64,000 bases of DNA from Eukaryota sp. GEM-RC1 (lineage: Eukaryota): NCBI GenBank assembly GCA_040285855.1, contig JAUFOQ010000010.1:1922001-1986000 (forward strand), in the 5' to 3' direction. A program made the translations under genes and the position numbers. The first letter of the stretch is position 1; each line of letters opens with the position of its first letter. Positions 51,381 through 63,700 of the stretch are shown piece by piece. Below the pieces are notes generated by a model, which saw nothing but the letters and a program-made list of their open reading frames with translations, made no database searches and was not told the DNA's origin.

Positions 51381-53967
51381 TTAAATAGACTGTTTACTGT
51401 CTAGACTAACAGAATTACCTCGAAAATCAACCTCAACTACTGTTGAATTCTGTAACAAAGCTTCACCAAAAGTTCTTGCTCCCTCGTCAGTAATAGAATT
51501 AGACTCAAGAATAATCTTAGTAACGGAGGAATTCTGCTTTAATGACTCACTCAAAGCCAATACACTTTTGTTTCCCATCGAATTATTACCAAAATTAAGT
51601 GACAAAAGAGTTGATGATGAATCTATATTAAGAGCTTCAATGATTAGTACCAACTGGTCATCAGTTAATCGACAATTGCTGAAGTCAACAGAAGTCAAGG
51701 AAGTATTGAGCTTAATTAAATCACATAAAACAACGATTGCTTCATCAGAAAATCGAAATCTTTTAAAAGAGAGCTCCTCAATATTGAAACACTGCAGAAG
51801 ACGCTTCAAAGAAGAGATCATTTCTGTAGTTATTTCAGTCAATTCATGAGGATTTAAACTGAACACTCCTTTTTTAACATCAATTTGATGTGGATGAAGA
51901 TCATTAAAGATCACTGATTTGTTGATAGAAAGAATCTCTAGAATAGTGAGAATGTCACTCAAATTTGGCCTATGCAAGCCACGAAATTCAATATGTTTAA
52001 TAGAAACATTAGATTTCAAATTATTTAAAAGAGGCGGCAAATCATCACTATCAATCAATTTTTGATAGGAAAGACAACCAATACAGGGGTTGATAGAATG
52101 AGGAGATATTCTAATTTTTGGTAACAACTGGTGATCTGTCAATAATTTAAAGATGTTCAACACATGTTCAAGTTTCAGTTCAACATTACTAAAATTGATT
52201 TCTGCCAACTTGCAACTAAATTCAAGTGAATTGATAATCCTGGAAATACTATTCTCAGACAATGTACTATCACTAAAGTCAACAGAAGTCAAGAGACTAT
52301 TCATCCTGATTAAATCACACAAAACAGAGATGACGTCATCCGACAATTCACATCTTTTTAAAACAAGTTTTTAACTCTAAACCGGTTAAATAATGACTCT
52401 AGGAATAGAACTTTTTCGGGGACTGATGACGTGACGTATTCTCCAGACCATTCTGGAGAGAAGCAAAAACTCCATTTACAATATCTAAAAAATGAGGAGA
52501 CAAATTAATAGAGAAACGTAAATAATTCAAAGAGAACAACTCAAAATCAGTCACGAAATGTCGTAAACTTGGACTAGCAGACATTATATTTACATGTTCA
52601 AGGTTGTGGCTGTAAACTAATGCTTGAACAAACAATTGATAAGAATTGAAAGAATTAAAAAGAGAACCATCGAGGCTTAATACAAGCAAACCAGTATTCT
52701 TTTGAACCATTCCAATTAGTGATTGAACTTCTTCTTCCACAAAAGTTTTTCTATAAGATTCGCGATATCGACGGTCACTGTGAATTACTAAATCTACTAA
52801 AGAATTGTTGAATTCCAAAGATTTAAAAATTGGGGAAATAGACGAAGGCGTAAGTTGGAGTAAAAGCTTCTTCAAAGCAGTATTGAATTTCAAAACCTCT
52901 GCTATATCATCAGCAATTAAATCAATATTCAACAAATTTAATTCCGTTAAAATTAAATTATTTTGAAGAGGTCTAAAAAGACCAGAATCGATACGACATC
53001 TAGGCAATATTAGATTTTTCAGACTTGGACTATTTAATAAAGGTGCAAATGCAGTAAAAGCTTTCGGTGGCGGACCTATCGCGTAACTCAGTGAATCATC
53101 AATCAAATCACCAATCAAATCATTTGTAGAAACGTTTTCTAAATCGACGACTTCAATTGTGGTACTTTTTGAAATAACTGTGAATAAACGATATAATTTT
53201 AAATCTGAAACTTTTTGGCTAGTAATTTTAATTTTCCTCAATGAACACTTACCCTTTAAAAATACATTTACCAATAATCGTGGGTTTAAAGTCAAATCTA
53301 ATTCTTCAATATTACCACTTTCCATAATAGATCGATGAATGACGCGATCTAATCGTGATGTGGTGAAGGACAATCGTCTTAGATGGGGCAACAAAAGCGG
53401 ATGATAGAAGAACTGTGGGTCAGCCTGAGGCATTATGTCAGTGTAATGATTAACTCTCTCTAATCCATGTATAATGGGGGAGAAAGGAGCCACGTGGTGG
53501 AGTCTGCAATCGTAGAATACTTTCAAGTTGACAGATCTTAACATTGCTCCAAAGAAGGAAGCCAGGGAGAATAAACGAGGGAGTGTTTGACAGGTTACTG
53601 GGAAGGTATGGGTTTCAAAGAACTTCTTAAGTGAAGGGCTGAAGGAATCGTGGAAACGCTTACTAAGGAATGCAACATTGCGGATAGAGGTGATCAACTG
53701 GTCAGTAGAAATTCGAAGACTTTCCTTTGGATGTCTGGAAGTAGAAGAAGACATTGATGAGTACCAGATATGTTCAATAAAGTAGAAACAGATCGGTGTT
53801 AGGAGGCTTTGTTGTAAGCGAATAGAGTAGAAGGCATGATGAGGACAATATGAGGATGATGAATGGGCATAGATCGGTGAAGGTAGTTCGTTGAGACAGA
53901 GTAGATCAGAGCTCTCAGAGGTGCGGTTCTTCTTAGTTGGAGGCTCAGAGCTTGTGTTGTAAGACAT
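51381..53967 (-). CDS. LRR-family protein with divergent N-terminal half
   Basis: ORFs 52399-53967 and 51381-52346. LQQSLL..I and NVAFLSK.F are a diverged family N-terminus; the C-terminal about 210 aa are nearly identical to the 48041-50883 gene. Confidence 0.75.
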
Positions 53968-54792
53968 ACTAGTAGATTGTCAGCTTTGTTTAATCAGCAA
54001 ACTGGTCTCAGTGAAACTATAGTAATTCAAAAATTGAGTCCATTTAATTGACTTTTGAACTTTGTCAATGAGACTATATTGATTATAGTATAATCCAAAC
54101 ACACTCTGTTTATTTCCCTATTAATTTTTCTTTTTACAATGCTCTTTCTGTATGGAATAATCATGTCTTTTCATGACCAACCTTTGCAGCATTTGGTTTG
54201 TTTTATTTAAGCACAAATCACTCGACCTCAGGACTTGCTGTTATTACTCCCTGAGAAGATAAATGGGATTCTGATGATGTTTCGGACTAGATAAGATAAG
54301 GTTAGACGAAGTTTGAACATTTGAACATTACTCAATTGTACCTTGTTTTTGAAGAACATAAAGGAAACCATAGTTTAGTGTTTTTATGGGACTAATATTA
54401 CCAACGATAAAAAAAAATTTCGCAAGGAATAGCAATGGATTAGCAAAGTAAACAATGGTAAAGTAATCATACAATTCATAGCTTGAAATGATGAACCGAA
54501 AAAATAATAATAATGGTTATTATTATTATTATTACAAGCATAATTCCATAATATTGATGGTTATACAAATTATAGACCAAACAGATTTTTGTAATGGAAA
54601 ACAATCGAGACTCATCCACATGTACATTTTCTACCGGTAATAATGAGGTTTTTCTTCTTCTTTGAGATTAGAAAACTCTGAAACGTTCTAACTTGTAGTA
54701 CAGAGCAAGACACAAGACAATAATTGGTGTGTTATTACGACAAGTACTGTATGGTGAAGAACAGGTTATTATTATTATAGAAATTATTATTA

Positions 54793-55150
54793 TTAAAAGA
54801 ATTTAACGTTTTGCACCATCGAATGCACCACAAAATATATATAATATATTATTTCAATAGAATTGCCACATAAATCAATACTAGTCGCGGTAGTATTAAC
54901 TTGCAAAGCATTTGCTAATGCTATGGCACCTTCATCATAGAATTTCACTTCAAATCCATGTTTGTCAAAGAGCAATTTACTTTCAATGCCTCCGCCAATG
55001 CTCTAGCACCTTCAGTTTCGATGGAACTCTTTGTCAGATTAATACTTGTAACAATAGTGTTGATCTTCAGCTTTTCGATCATTCTTTTCGTCAAAGAATC
55101 AGCAATACGAAGTCGGATATGAATTTGCTTAAGACGTGGAGAGAAAAGTC
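54793..55150 (-). pseudogene. LRR gene fragment
   Basis: DEGAIALANALQVNTTATSIDLCGNSI repeat in a disrupted context. Confidence 0.6.
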
Positions 55151-55621
55151 AAGACGTATTTTAAAAATGCAAGTCCTCAATTGACTGTAAGTTGAGTTCT
55201 AGTCCAGAAATGATATCTGTATAGCAAATATATTCACCAATTCTACGTGTAAGAAAACAGAGGACAGCTTTAGTCTAAAGACATATGCACATGGAGAAAG
55301 TTGAGAAAGTGCTTCATAAGTCACAGATATCGTGTTTGTTTGCAAAAACGTGTTGATTGCAAGAAAAGTGGATATAATTTTACAAGAGCTATAATCTTGT
55401 ACTAAGACACTTCAGAAAATCCAGTCACTTGTACTAGTACACTAAATTGTAACTTGAGATCAAAATACATGTAATGAGACCAACCACATGAAAGTTAGTC
55501 TGTAAAATTGAGAAAAACATTAAAAAATATGTAAATTAAGCAATACATACGCCAAGAATCCCTGTCGTTGGATTGATGTGGAGCTATCTACAATTCAACT
55601 CTAATACATATACAGTATAAC

Positions 55622-58508
55622 TTATCGAGTGTACTTGCTTGATTGAAGCAGTAGACGTGTACGTGATATAAATCTCCGTTCTCGGTAACTGAGCTTCATG
55701 TGACGATTTGAGATTTGTTGTATGAAACATTTAGTTTTGAAACCAATGCAATTACCTCGTAAATCAACCTCAACAACTGTTGAATTCTGTAACAAAGCTT
55801 CACCAAAAGTTCTTGCTCCCTCGTCAGTAATAGAATTAGACTCAAGAATAATCTTAGTAACGGAGGAATTCTGCTTCAATGCCTTACTCAAAGCCAATAT
55901 ACTTTTGTTTCCCATCGAATTATTACCAAAATTAATTGACAAAAGAGTTAACGAAGATTCTATATCAAGAGCTTCAATGATTAGTACCAACTGGTCATCA
56001 GTTAATCGACAGTTGCTGAAGTCAACAGAAGTCAAGGAAGTATTGAGCTTAATTAAATCACATAAAACAACGATCGCTTCATCAGAAAATCGAAATCTTT
56101 TAAAAGTGAGCTCCTGAATATTGAAACGCCGCAGAAAACACTTCAAAGAAGAGATCATTTCTGTAGTAATTTCAGTCAATTCATGAGGATTAAAACTGAA
56201 CACTCCTTTTTTAACATCAATTTGATGTGGATGAAGATCATTAAAGATCACTGATTTGTTGATGGAAAGAATCTCTAAAATAATCAGAATGTCACTCAAA
56301 CTTGGCCTATGCAAGCCAAGAAATTCAATATGTTTAACAGGAACATTAGATTTTAAATTATTTAAAAGAGGCGGCAAATTCTTGCTTTTGAGGTACTTTC
56401 TGTAAACAATTGAACCATCGGAAAGGTTCATAAAAAAGGAGAAACATCAAGATCTACCAAAGATGTGTGAGTGGAAATTAATTCAAATAAATCGATAAGT
56501 TGATAGAAATTAATAGAATTATATCCACGACATTTGATTTGTTTGATAGAAACATTTGATTCAAAAGATTTTAAAAGTGATGACAATTCAAAATAATCAA
56601 CCTTTTTTCATAACAAATTGAACCGGTAGAAGTATTAAAAGAATGAGGAGAAATTTGAATAAGTGGAATTAATTTACCAACTGAAACCATTTCAAAAATA
56701 GTACAAAGACTGTTAAGCCCAATAAAATTATTATTCAAATTGATCCTGTTTAAGCGAGAGTTAGACTGAATTGCAATAATTAATTGTAGAGTGACGTCAT
56801 CAGACTGTGTTGGAGGAGGAGTGTAGTAACGGGAGGAACGACCATGATGGTACGACGACGATCGAAATCTATTTGAGATTTTATCGTGACTGAATTCAAC
56901 AGAAGTCAATGAATTATTGTTTCTGATTAAATTACTCAGAACAATAACTGTATCGTCGGTAAAAATACAGTTCTTAAGAGTAAGCTCTTTGATACTAAAT
57001 CTTTCTACAAATGACTGTAGAGAAGAAACTTCCAAGGTAGTAATCCGAGAGGAAGACTTTGGAGAAAAACAGAACACTTTCTTAATATAGTCAATAAAGT
57101 GGGGGTCAAAATCAACTGAAAAAGGAAGTTGCTTTACACACACTGTTTCACAATTACTTACAAAAGAGCTCAAACTCGGGGAACTACAGGGTAAACTCAC
57201 TTTTCGGATAATTGGATTGTTTTTGAGAGCATCGACAAATAGACTAAATTGAGTGGAATTCATAAGGGAGGTCTCGTGACCACCAAAATATATAATAATC
57301 AAAGAGTTGTTTTGTTGTAACAATTCGCATAAAGCCTCAACTTCTTCATTTTCAAGTGAATCTCTACCGGAAAAATTTGCACAAACAATCAGTTCCTTTA
57401 AAGAAAAGTTCGACTCAAGAGATTTAAAAATTGGTGAAAAGGACAGTTCTGTGAGTGTCATTTCCAGTCGTTTTAAAACTGTGCTATGTTTTAAAACATT
57501 ACAAATTTCAGTAGCATCAAAAAACCCGCGTAGCTTCAACTCTTGCAAGGCTGAATTCTGTTCAAGGGATTTCAAAACACAAAATTTATCTTCTTTAAAT
57601 GGTAGAATTAGTTTTCTAATACTGGAACTGCTGAAAAGAGGAGCGAAAATATCAAAAGTCATAAAAGTGCATGATAAGTTAACTTCTTGCATAGACTTAC
57701 AATTAGCAAGAGAAACAATCATTGAGATAAAACACTGATTGTCTAGCTCAGGAACTTCTGAAGAGTCAACAAGCAACTTTCTCAAACGACACTTAGCGGA
57801 AGAGAAGATCTTAGTTAAAAGTTCAGCTTGTGTTGGGGTAGACAGAAGAACGTCTAGTGCTTCAATGGTAAGACTTTCAAGGATAAACTGGGCGGTGACG
57901 TCATCAAAGGTAATGTTGGGAGTTCCGAGACACATCCGTCCAAGGGAAAGCTGGCTGATATTGGGTAAGAACAGTGGACTTTGTGGATCGAAGAAGTCAT
58001 TGGAATGAGGAAATGGACAAGCAAGACAAATGTTGTGAATGATTGGAGTAAAAGGAACAAGATTTGTAGAAGGGAATTGTTCCCACACTTCTAAGTCAAT
58101 AGAATGTAACTCAGAATTGAAGAAAGAAGCAATATTAGCAAGTTTGGGAACGTTTTCGGGACGCCTTACTTTGAACAAGTGAGTTGCAAGAAACACTTGG
58201 ACGGCAAAACAAGCTGTTTTGAAGAATAGGTTACTCACGTATCCAATGTTTTGGATGAATTCTGACATTCGATTGACACGGTGAAAAGACTGTTGAAATG
58301 AGTAGGAGACACCTTTCTCGAATTCAGAAGCACACACACGTCTTAGAACGTGGAGATTGATGGAAACTAGCAAGGACTCTTGTAAGACTATGGCATTGGG
58401 GGAAGGATCTACCGGACTATCAGCTTCTGGTCTTTGATCATTCAAAAGAGTTGTAGAGGGGTCTTCGAAGGAGCGATACTTCTTGCATGGAGATCCATAA
58501 GGAGACAT
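55622..58508 (-). CDS. LRR-family protein (about 960 aa after frameshift repairs)
   Basis: ORFs 56571-58508 and 55622-56431 with a connecting frame homologous to 49930-50150. Confidence 0.8.
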
Positions 58509-59159
58509 GAAGGGAAGAATATTAAATTTTTTAATTCAACTACTGTACTTCATTCCCACATTACATGCCACAATTCCATGCGGCATAAGCGTATGACATT
58601 TTCTCCCATAAGTAGGTTCATTTTCTGTTTGTCGTTTTCCATCACATCACATACAACTACATCATGTAGTCAACTATATGTCAACTTTCATCAATGATTC
58701 ATCTTAAATTTGCATTGCTAGATCTAAGATCTGCTTAGCTTATTTTTGTTTAGAACAAGAATATTTAGTCTGAAAGAAATAAACGGGGTTTATGATCAAT
58801 CAGTGAAATTAATGCATTTGCAGAAGTTAATAACTAACAGACACTAACTAAAGTATATAAACTATGATCCTTCTGTCCATCACCGAACAACTTACCTAAA
58901 ATTGAATTAAAATATCTATGCATTGAACGAAACAACGCAAACGTTACAGATGTCTGAAAGATGGTAGAATTTAAGAGACTTGAAAGATATCCGTAACACT
59001 TCAGGTTAAGATCTTGACCCATTGTTGTCTGGTTGCTCGATGTCCTGAACTGACCGTTGACTCAATGAATGAATTGGTGTGTTTTATAGCTGAATTAGTT
59101 GCTGTTAAGTTGTTTGTTAAGTTTGACCTCAAAAAGGAATTATCTTCCCACAGCTATTA

Positions 59160-59277
59160 CACTGGTTTGTCTGATTAGTCTCACTGAGACTTATTTACAA
59201 GGAAGTTTTCATCATCATTTTTAGAATTAGTCTCACTGAGACTAATTTGCTGATGAGACTAATTGAACAAACCAGTG
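59160..59277. mobile_element. Tiny MITE (118 bp), TA-flanked (Tc1/mariner-type)
   Basis: TIR CACTGGTTTGT flanked by TA on both sides; internal palindromes AGTCTCACTGAGACT; nested in a decayed relative of the 32358-32850 MITE. Confidence 0.7.
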
Positions 59278-60146
59278 TAGTAGAATGTTTCTATCATTTT
59301 TACTCACAAAGATGACGATAGAGAAGAGCCATCATGAGCTTCTGTTCGCACTCTGACCAAGCATACACACAAACAAGATCTTGAGCTGTGTCTTCGTTCA
59401 GGAGCATAGTAAATTTTTAACCATTGTCACTCTCACTACTGGAGGATTATTTAATTACAGTCTACCCTGGATATAGCGCCCTGGATATGGTGTGCACTTT
59501 TCACCAGTGTTCGAACATTTTCCACCCGGACACCACACCCGGGTGGTCACCGGATGGCATTAAAGAACGATACATAAGTTTTGGTGCAAAAACTACTTTA
59601 TATACACCATATATGATGAAACTGAAAGTACTTTAGCGGTGTGTGATTTAAAATAACTAACGATGAAGTACTCTGTTTCGGTTTGGGATTGAAAAACCCT
59701 CTGAAAAATACATAAATAAGATGATATTAGCCTCTCCGAGCCTGAAAATAATTCTCATTAAAATACTTGTATTCAGGACACGTTGAGCAACGAAGTATGG
59801 TTTCAGGAAGACATGGATTGAAGAAGAATGTAAGACCAAAATTTGCCAACCAGTACCACCCCGACACCACCAGTGGTGGGTGGAACCAGGTGACATTTGG
59901 ATGGTTTTGATTTCTTGTGTTACGAGAAACGTACAAAATTTGTCTGGAAACGGTTCGGAAACGTTTCCATATTAGGGTTACGTGTACCGTAAGTGTATGA
60001 AAATCAATTTAACAGTAAGATAAATAGTAGGATACGCAACACACGGCCAAACTTCCGCACATTGTGTTTGCGTTAGACCTTTTGTTGTAAGATTTTCATT
60101 CATGCCTTTTAACTAAAATAGACACAAGTTGATCTCTGATACCTTC

Positions 60147-60223
60147 AGTAAAAGGGAAAGGGAAAGATATATATTAAATGAATTATACTGACTAAGCAAC
60201 TATACTAATACCTTTGGCTAACA
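60147..60223. repeat. Short LTR-like dispersed repeat, copy 5
   Basis: GTAAAAGGGAAAGGGAAAG...TAATACCTTTGGCTAACA. Confidence 0.5.
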
Positions 60224-60963
60224 TCTCTATAAATTGCAAACTAACCTTTCAATATATGTTGAAGGTACATTCAGGCACTATTGATGACTTTGCTATCTTC
60301 ATCCTTATGACTTGTATTGAGGAAACCATTAGCAGATATGCAGCGAAGCCGTCACTCTTCTGTAATCCAATTCAAGGGTTGATGAGCTAGAGTAATGGTT
60401 TTTGGAGTAAGTAACGGATCACGAAGAAGACTTATGAGAGTCAACCATAATGAATACAGAACAGACCAGTGAAACAAAAGTGTCCCCTGTTCATAGAAGA
60501 ATTTACAGTCACAAAATACAAACATCAACGGTTTTGCCAAATTGATAAGTTGGATCTATTCTGCGTAGACTCACACATAGTCAACAGTTATGGATAAGTG
60601 ACTTTTTAGTGTGTAAATGGCTCTGAATAAGTCTCAGAATAGAAGATTCTGTTTATCTGTTTGACAAAATTGCTCTATTTGTTCTCTGTTCAATGCCCAA
60701 ATATATTACGTCAAATACCTTCAAGGTGGTTAAGAACTATGGTATACCATTGAAGATGCGGTTTTAGTTTTCACTTTTCACAGACTGTAATGTTATGTCT
60801 GACCCCTTTATGAAAAGTGAACTATAAAATAGAAGCTTCCTTTCTACAGCTTCTACTTAGAAAAGGGTTTATGCATAAAATCCTATCCTCACAAAGACTT
60901 AATACAGTTATTTATTATTGTTCTCTAAGTCTATAAACTGTTTAATCAAACACGACAATTCCT

Positions 60964-63700
60964 TCATTTGTGATGAAGAGCGATCACTCCATTTGGAACT
61001 TTCTTGAGGTTTCCTTTACAGGTTTTGGTCATAGAATTATTTCCCAATATTATAACAGAAATTGTGGAATTTAAGGACAATATTTTTGAAAATGCTAAAG
61101 CACCTTCATTACCAATAGAGTTACCCCAAAGGTCAATTTTAGAAATTGTAGCATTAAATTTCAATAATTCAGCTAAAGCTTTTGCACTTTCATCCCCAAA
61201 AGAATTACCTTCAAAACGAATTTCTTTAATGTATAAAGCAGAATTAAGATGAAGAGAATCAATTATGCTCAAGAAATCTTCATCAGATAAACTGCAGTAA
61301 GATAAGTCAAGACAAGTCAATTTAGAACTGGTCTTGATTAAGTCACACAAGACTGCAAGAGCTTCGTCAGTAAAAGTACACTTGTTGATACGCAGATCAA
61401 TGATTTCAAGAGAAAGTAAAGCTGAGACGTTCTCAGGAGTGATTTCAGTGTGAACTTGTGGTAAAAATGAGAAAATACCAAACTCTGTATCAATGAGATG
61501 ATGAGATATATCTACATCAATCAATGAATTATTAATGCAAAGAATTTGATAAAGAGCAGCAATACCATCAAAACTCGGATCATTTAATCCAAAACACTCA
61601 ACACGTTTGAGAGAAAAGTGACGATTTACAATAGAAATTAAATCTTGATTTGAAACAGTGTGTTGGTATCGAATCAACCCAATAGAAGTGTCGACAAAAT
61701 TTGAAACACCGTCCAAATCTACAATTTCTTTGTAATCCCAAAGAATATTAAATAAATTTAGCAGCCCTGAAAAAGACAAATCATTGCCTGAACCAGAAAA
61801 CGAAACCCTTTTGATGGGTACTTTGGAATTTAAGGCATCCACAAGTAAATCTACATCAGTATTTGAAATAGTACCAACACTACTGATAGTACCAAGAGAA
61901 AAATCAATAGAATGAGGATAAACTTCAATAAATGGTGGTGATTCGTGAGTAGAAAACTGTTCGAATGTACCCAAAAGAGTTTTAAATCCAATATCATTGT
62001 TACTAAGATTAATCCTTTTTAAATTAGAATTGGACGGAATGGCATTGAGAATTTCAAGAGCATATTTATCAGTCAGTTTACAGTGACTGAAATCAACAGA
62101 AGTCAATGAAATATTGTTTCTGATTAAATTACTCAGAACAGTGGTTGATTCTTCAGAAAAATACAGTTCTTAAGAGTAAGTTCTTTGATATTAAATCTAT
62201 TAACAAATGACTGTAGAGAAGAAACTTCCACGGTAGTAATCCGAGATGAATACTCTGGAGAAAAACAGAACACTTTCGTATTAACATCAATAAAGTAGGG
62301 GTCAAAATCAACTGAAAAAGGAAGTTGCTTTGTACACACTGTTTCACAATCACTTACAAAAGAGCTCAAACTCTTGGAACTATCTGGCAGAATAACTTTC
62401 TGGATTATTGAATTGTTGTTGAGAGCACCGGCAAATAATTCAAATTGTGTAGAATCCAGCAGGGAACCGTCAATATTTAAAAAAAAGCAAAGACTTGTTG
62501 ATTTGTAACATTTTACATAGAGCTTCGACTTCTTCACTTTTGAAGGAATCTTCTTCAAAACTAGCATTAACAATCAGTTCCTTCAAAGAAGAGTTCGACT
62601 CAAGAGAATTAAAAATTGGTGAAAAAGACATGTCGGTGGATGTCATTGTCATTGTCAGTCGTTTTAAAACTGTGTTATGTTTTAAAACATTAGAAAGTTC
62701 AGTAGCATCAAAAAATTCCGCTTAGCTTCAACTTTTGCAAGGCTGAATTCTGCTGAAGGGGTTTCATAACAGAAAATTCATCTTCTTTAAACGGAAGAAT
62801 TAGTTTTCTAATACTGGAACTGCTGAAAAGAGGAGCGAAAATATCAAAAGTAATAAAGGTGCATGATAAATTAACTTCTTGCATAGACTTACAATTAGCA
62901 AGAGAAACAATCATTGAGATAAAACACTGATTGTCTAGCTTTGGAACTTCTGAAGAGTCAACAAGCAACTTTCTCAAACGACACTTACAGGAAGACAAAA
63001 TCTTAGTTAAAAGTTCAACTTCTGTGGTAGTGAATATAGCAACATCAAATGATTCAATGGTGTCACTTTCAAGGATAAACTTGACAGTGACGTCATTAAA
63101 GGTAAGATTGGGACCACTCAGGGACATCCAACCAAGGGAAAGTTGTCTGAGATTGGGTAAGAACAGTGGACTTTGTGGATCGAAGAAGTCATTGGAATGA
63201 GGAAACTCACTGGTTAGGCTAATGTTGTGAATGATTGAAGTAAAAGGAACAAGATCTGGAGAATGGAATTGTTCCCACACTTCTAAGCCAATAGAACGTA
63301 ACTCCGAATTGAAGAAAGAAGCAACATTGTCAAGTTTGGAAAAGTTGTCGGAACGCCTTACTTTGAACAAATGAGTTCCAAGAAACACTTGAATGGCAGT
63401 ACAAGCTGTTTGAAAGAATAGGTTACTCACGTATCCAATGTTATGGATGAATTCTGACATTCGATCGACACGGTCAAAAGACTGCTGAAAGGAGTACGAG
63501 ACACTTTTCTCGAATTCAGAAGCACACAGACGTCTTAGAACGTGGAGATTGATGGAAACTATTACGGACTCTTGTAAGACTATGACATTGGGGGAAGGAT
63601 CTACCGGACTATCAGCTTCTGGTCTTTGATCATTCAAAAGAGTTGTAGTGGGGTCTTCGGAGGAGTGATAATTCTTGCATGGGGATCCATTGGGAGACAT
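60964..63700 (-). CDS. LRR-family protein (about 910 aa after frameshift repairs)
   Basis: ORFs 62708-63700, 62470-62652, 62133-62573 and 60964-62106. N-half is close to 56571-58508; C-half shares the FSTHESPP module with 40430-41353. Confidence 0.8.

Noticed and set aside
192..63700. Alternative genetic code (stop-codon reassignment) to explain the fragmented ORFs
   Set aside because: The breaks are frame changes, not in-frame stops at conserved residues, and intact genes end in TAA (arsC), TAG (RINT1-like) and TGA (CDK).
36419..63700. Calling the LRR genes NLRs (NLRC3-like)
   Set aside because: Only the C-terminal repeats resemble NLRC3; no Walker A or NACHT domain is visible.
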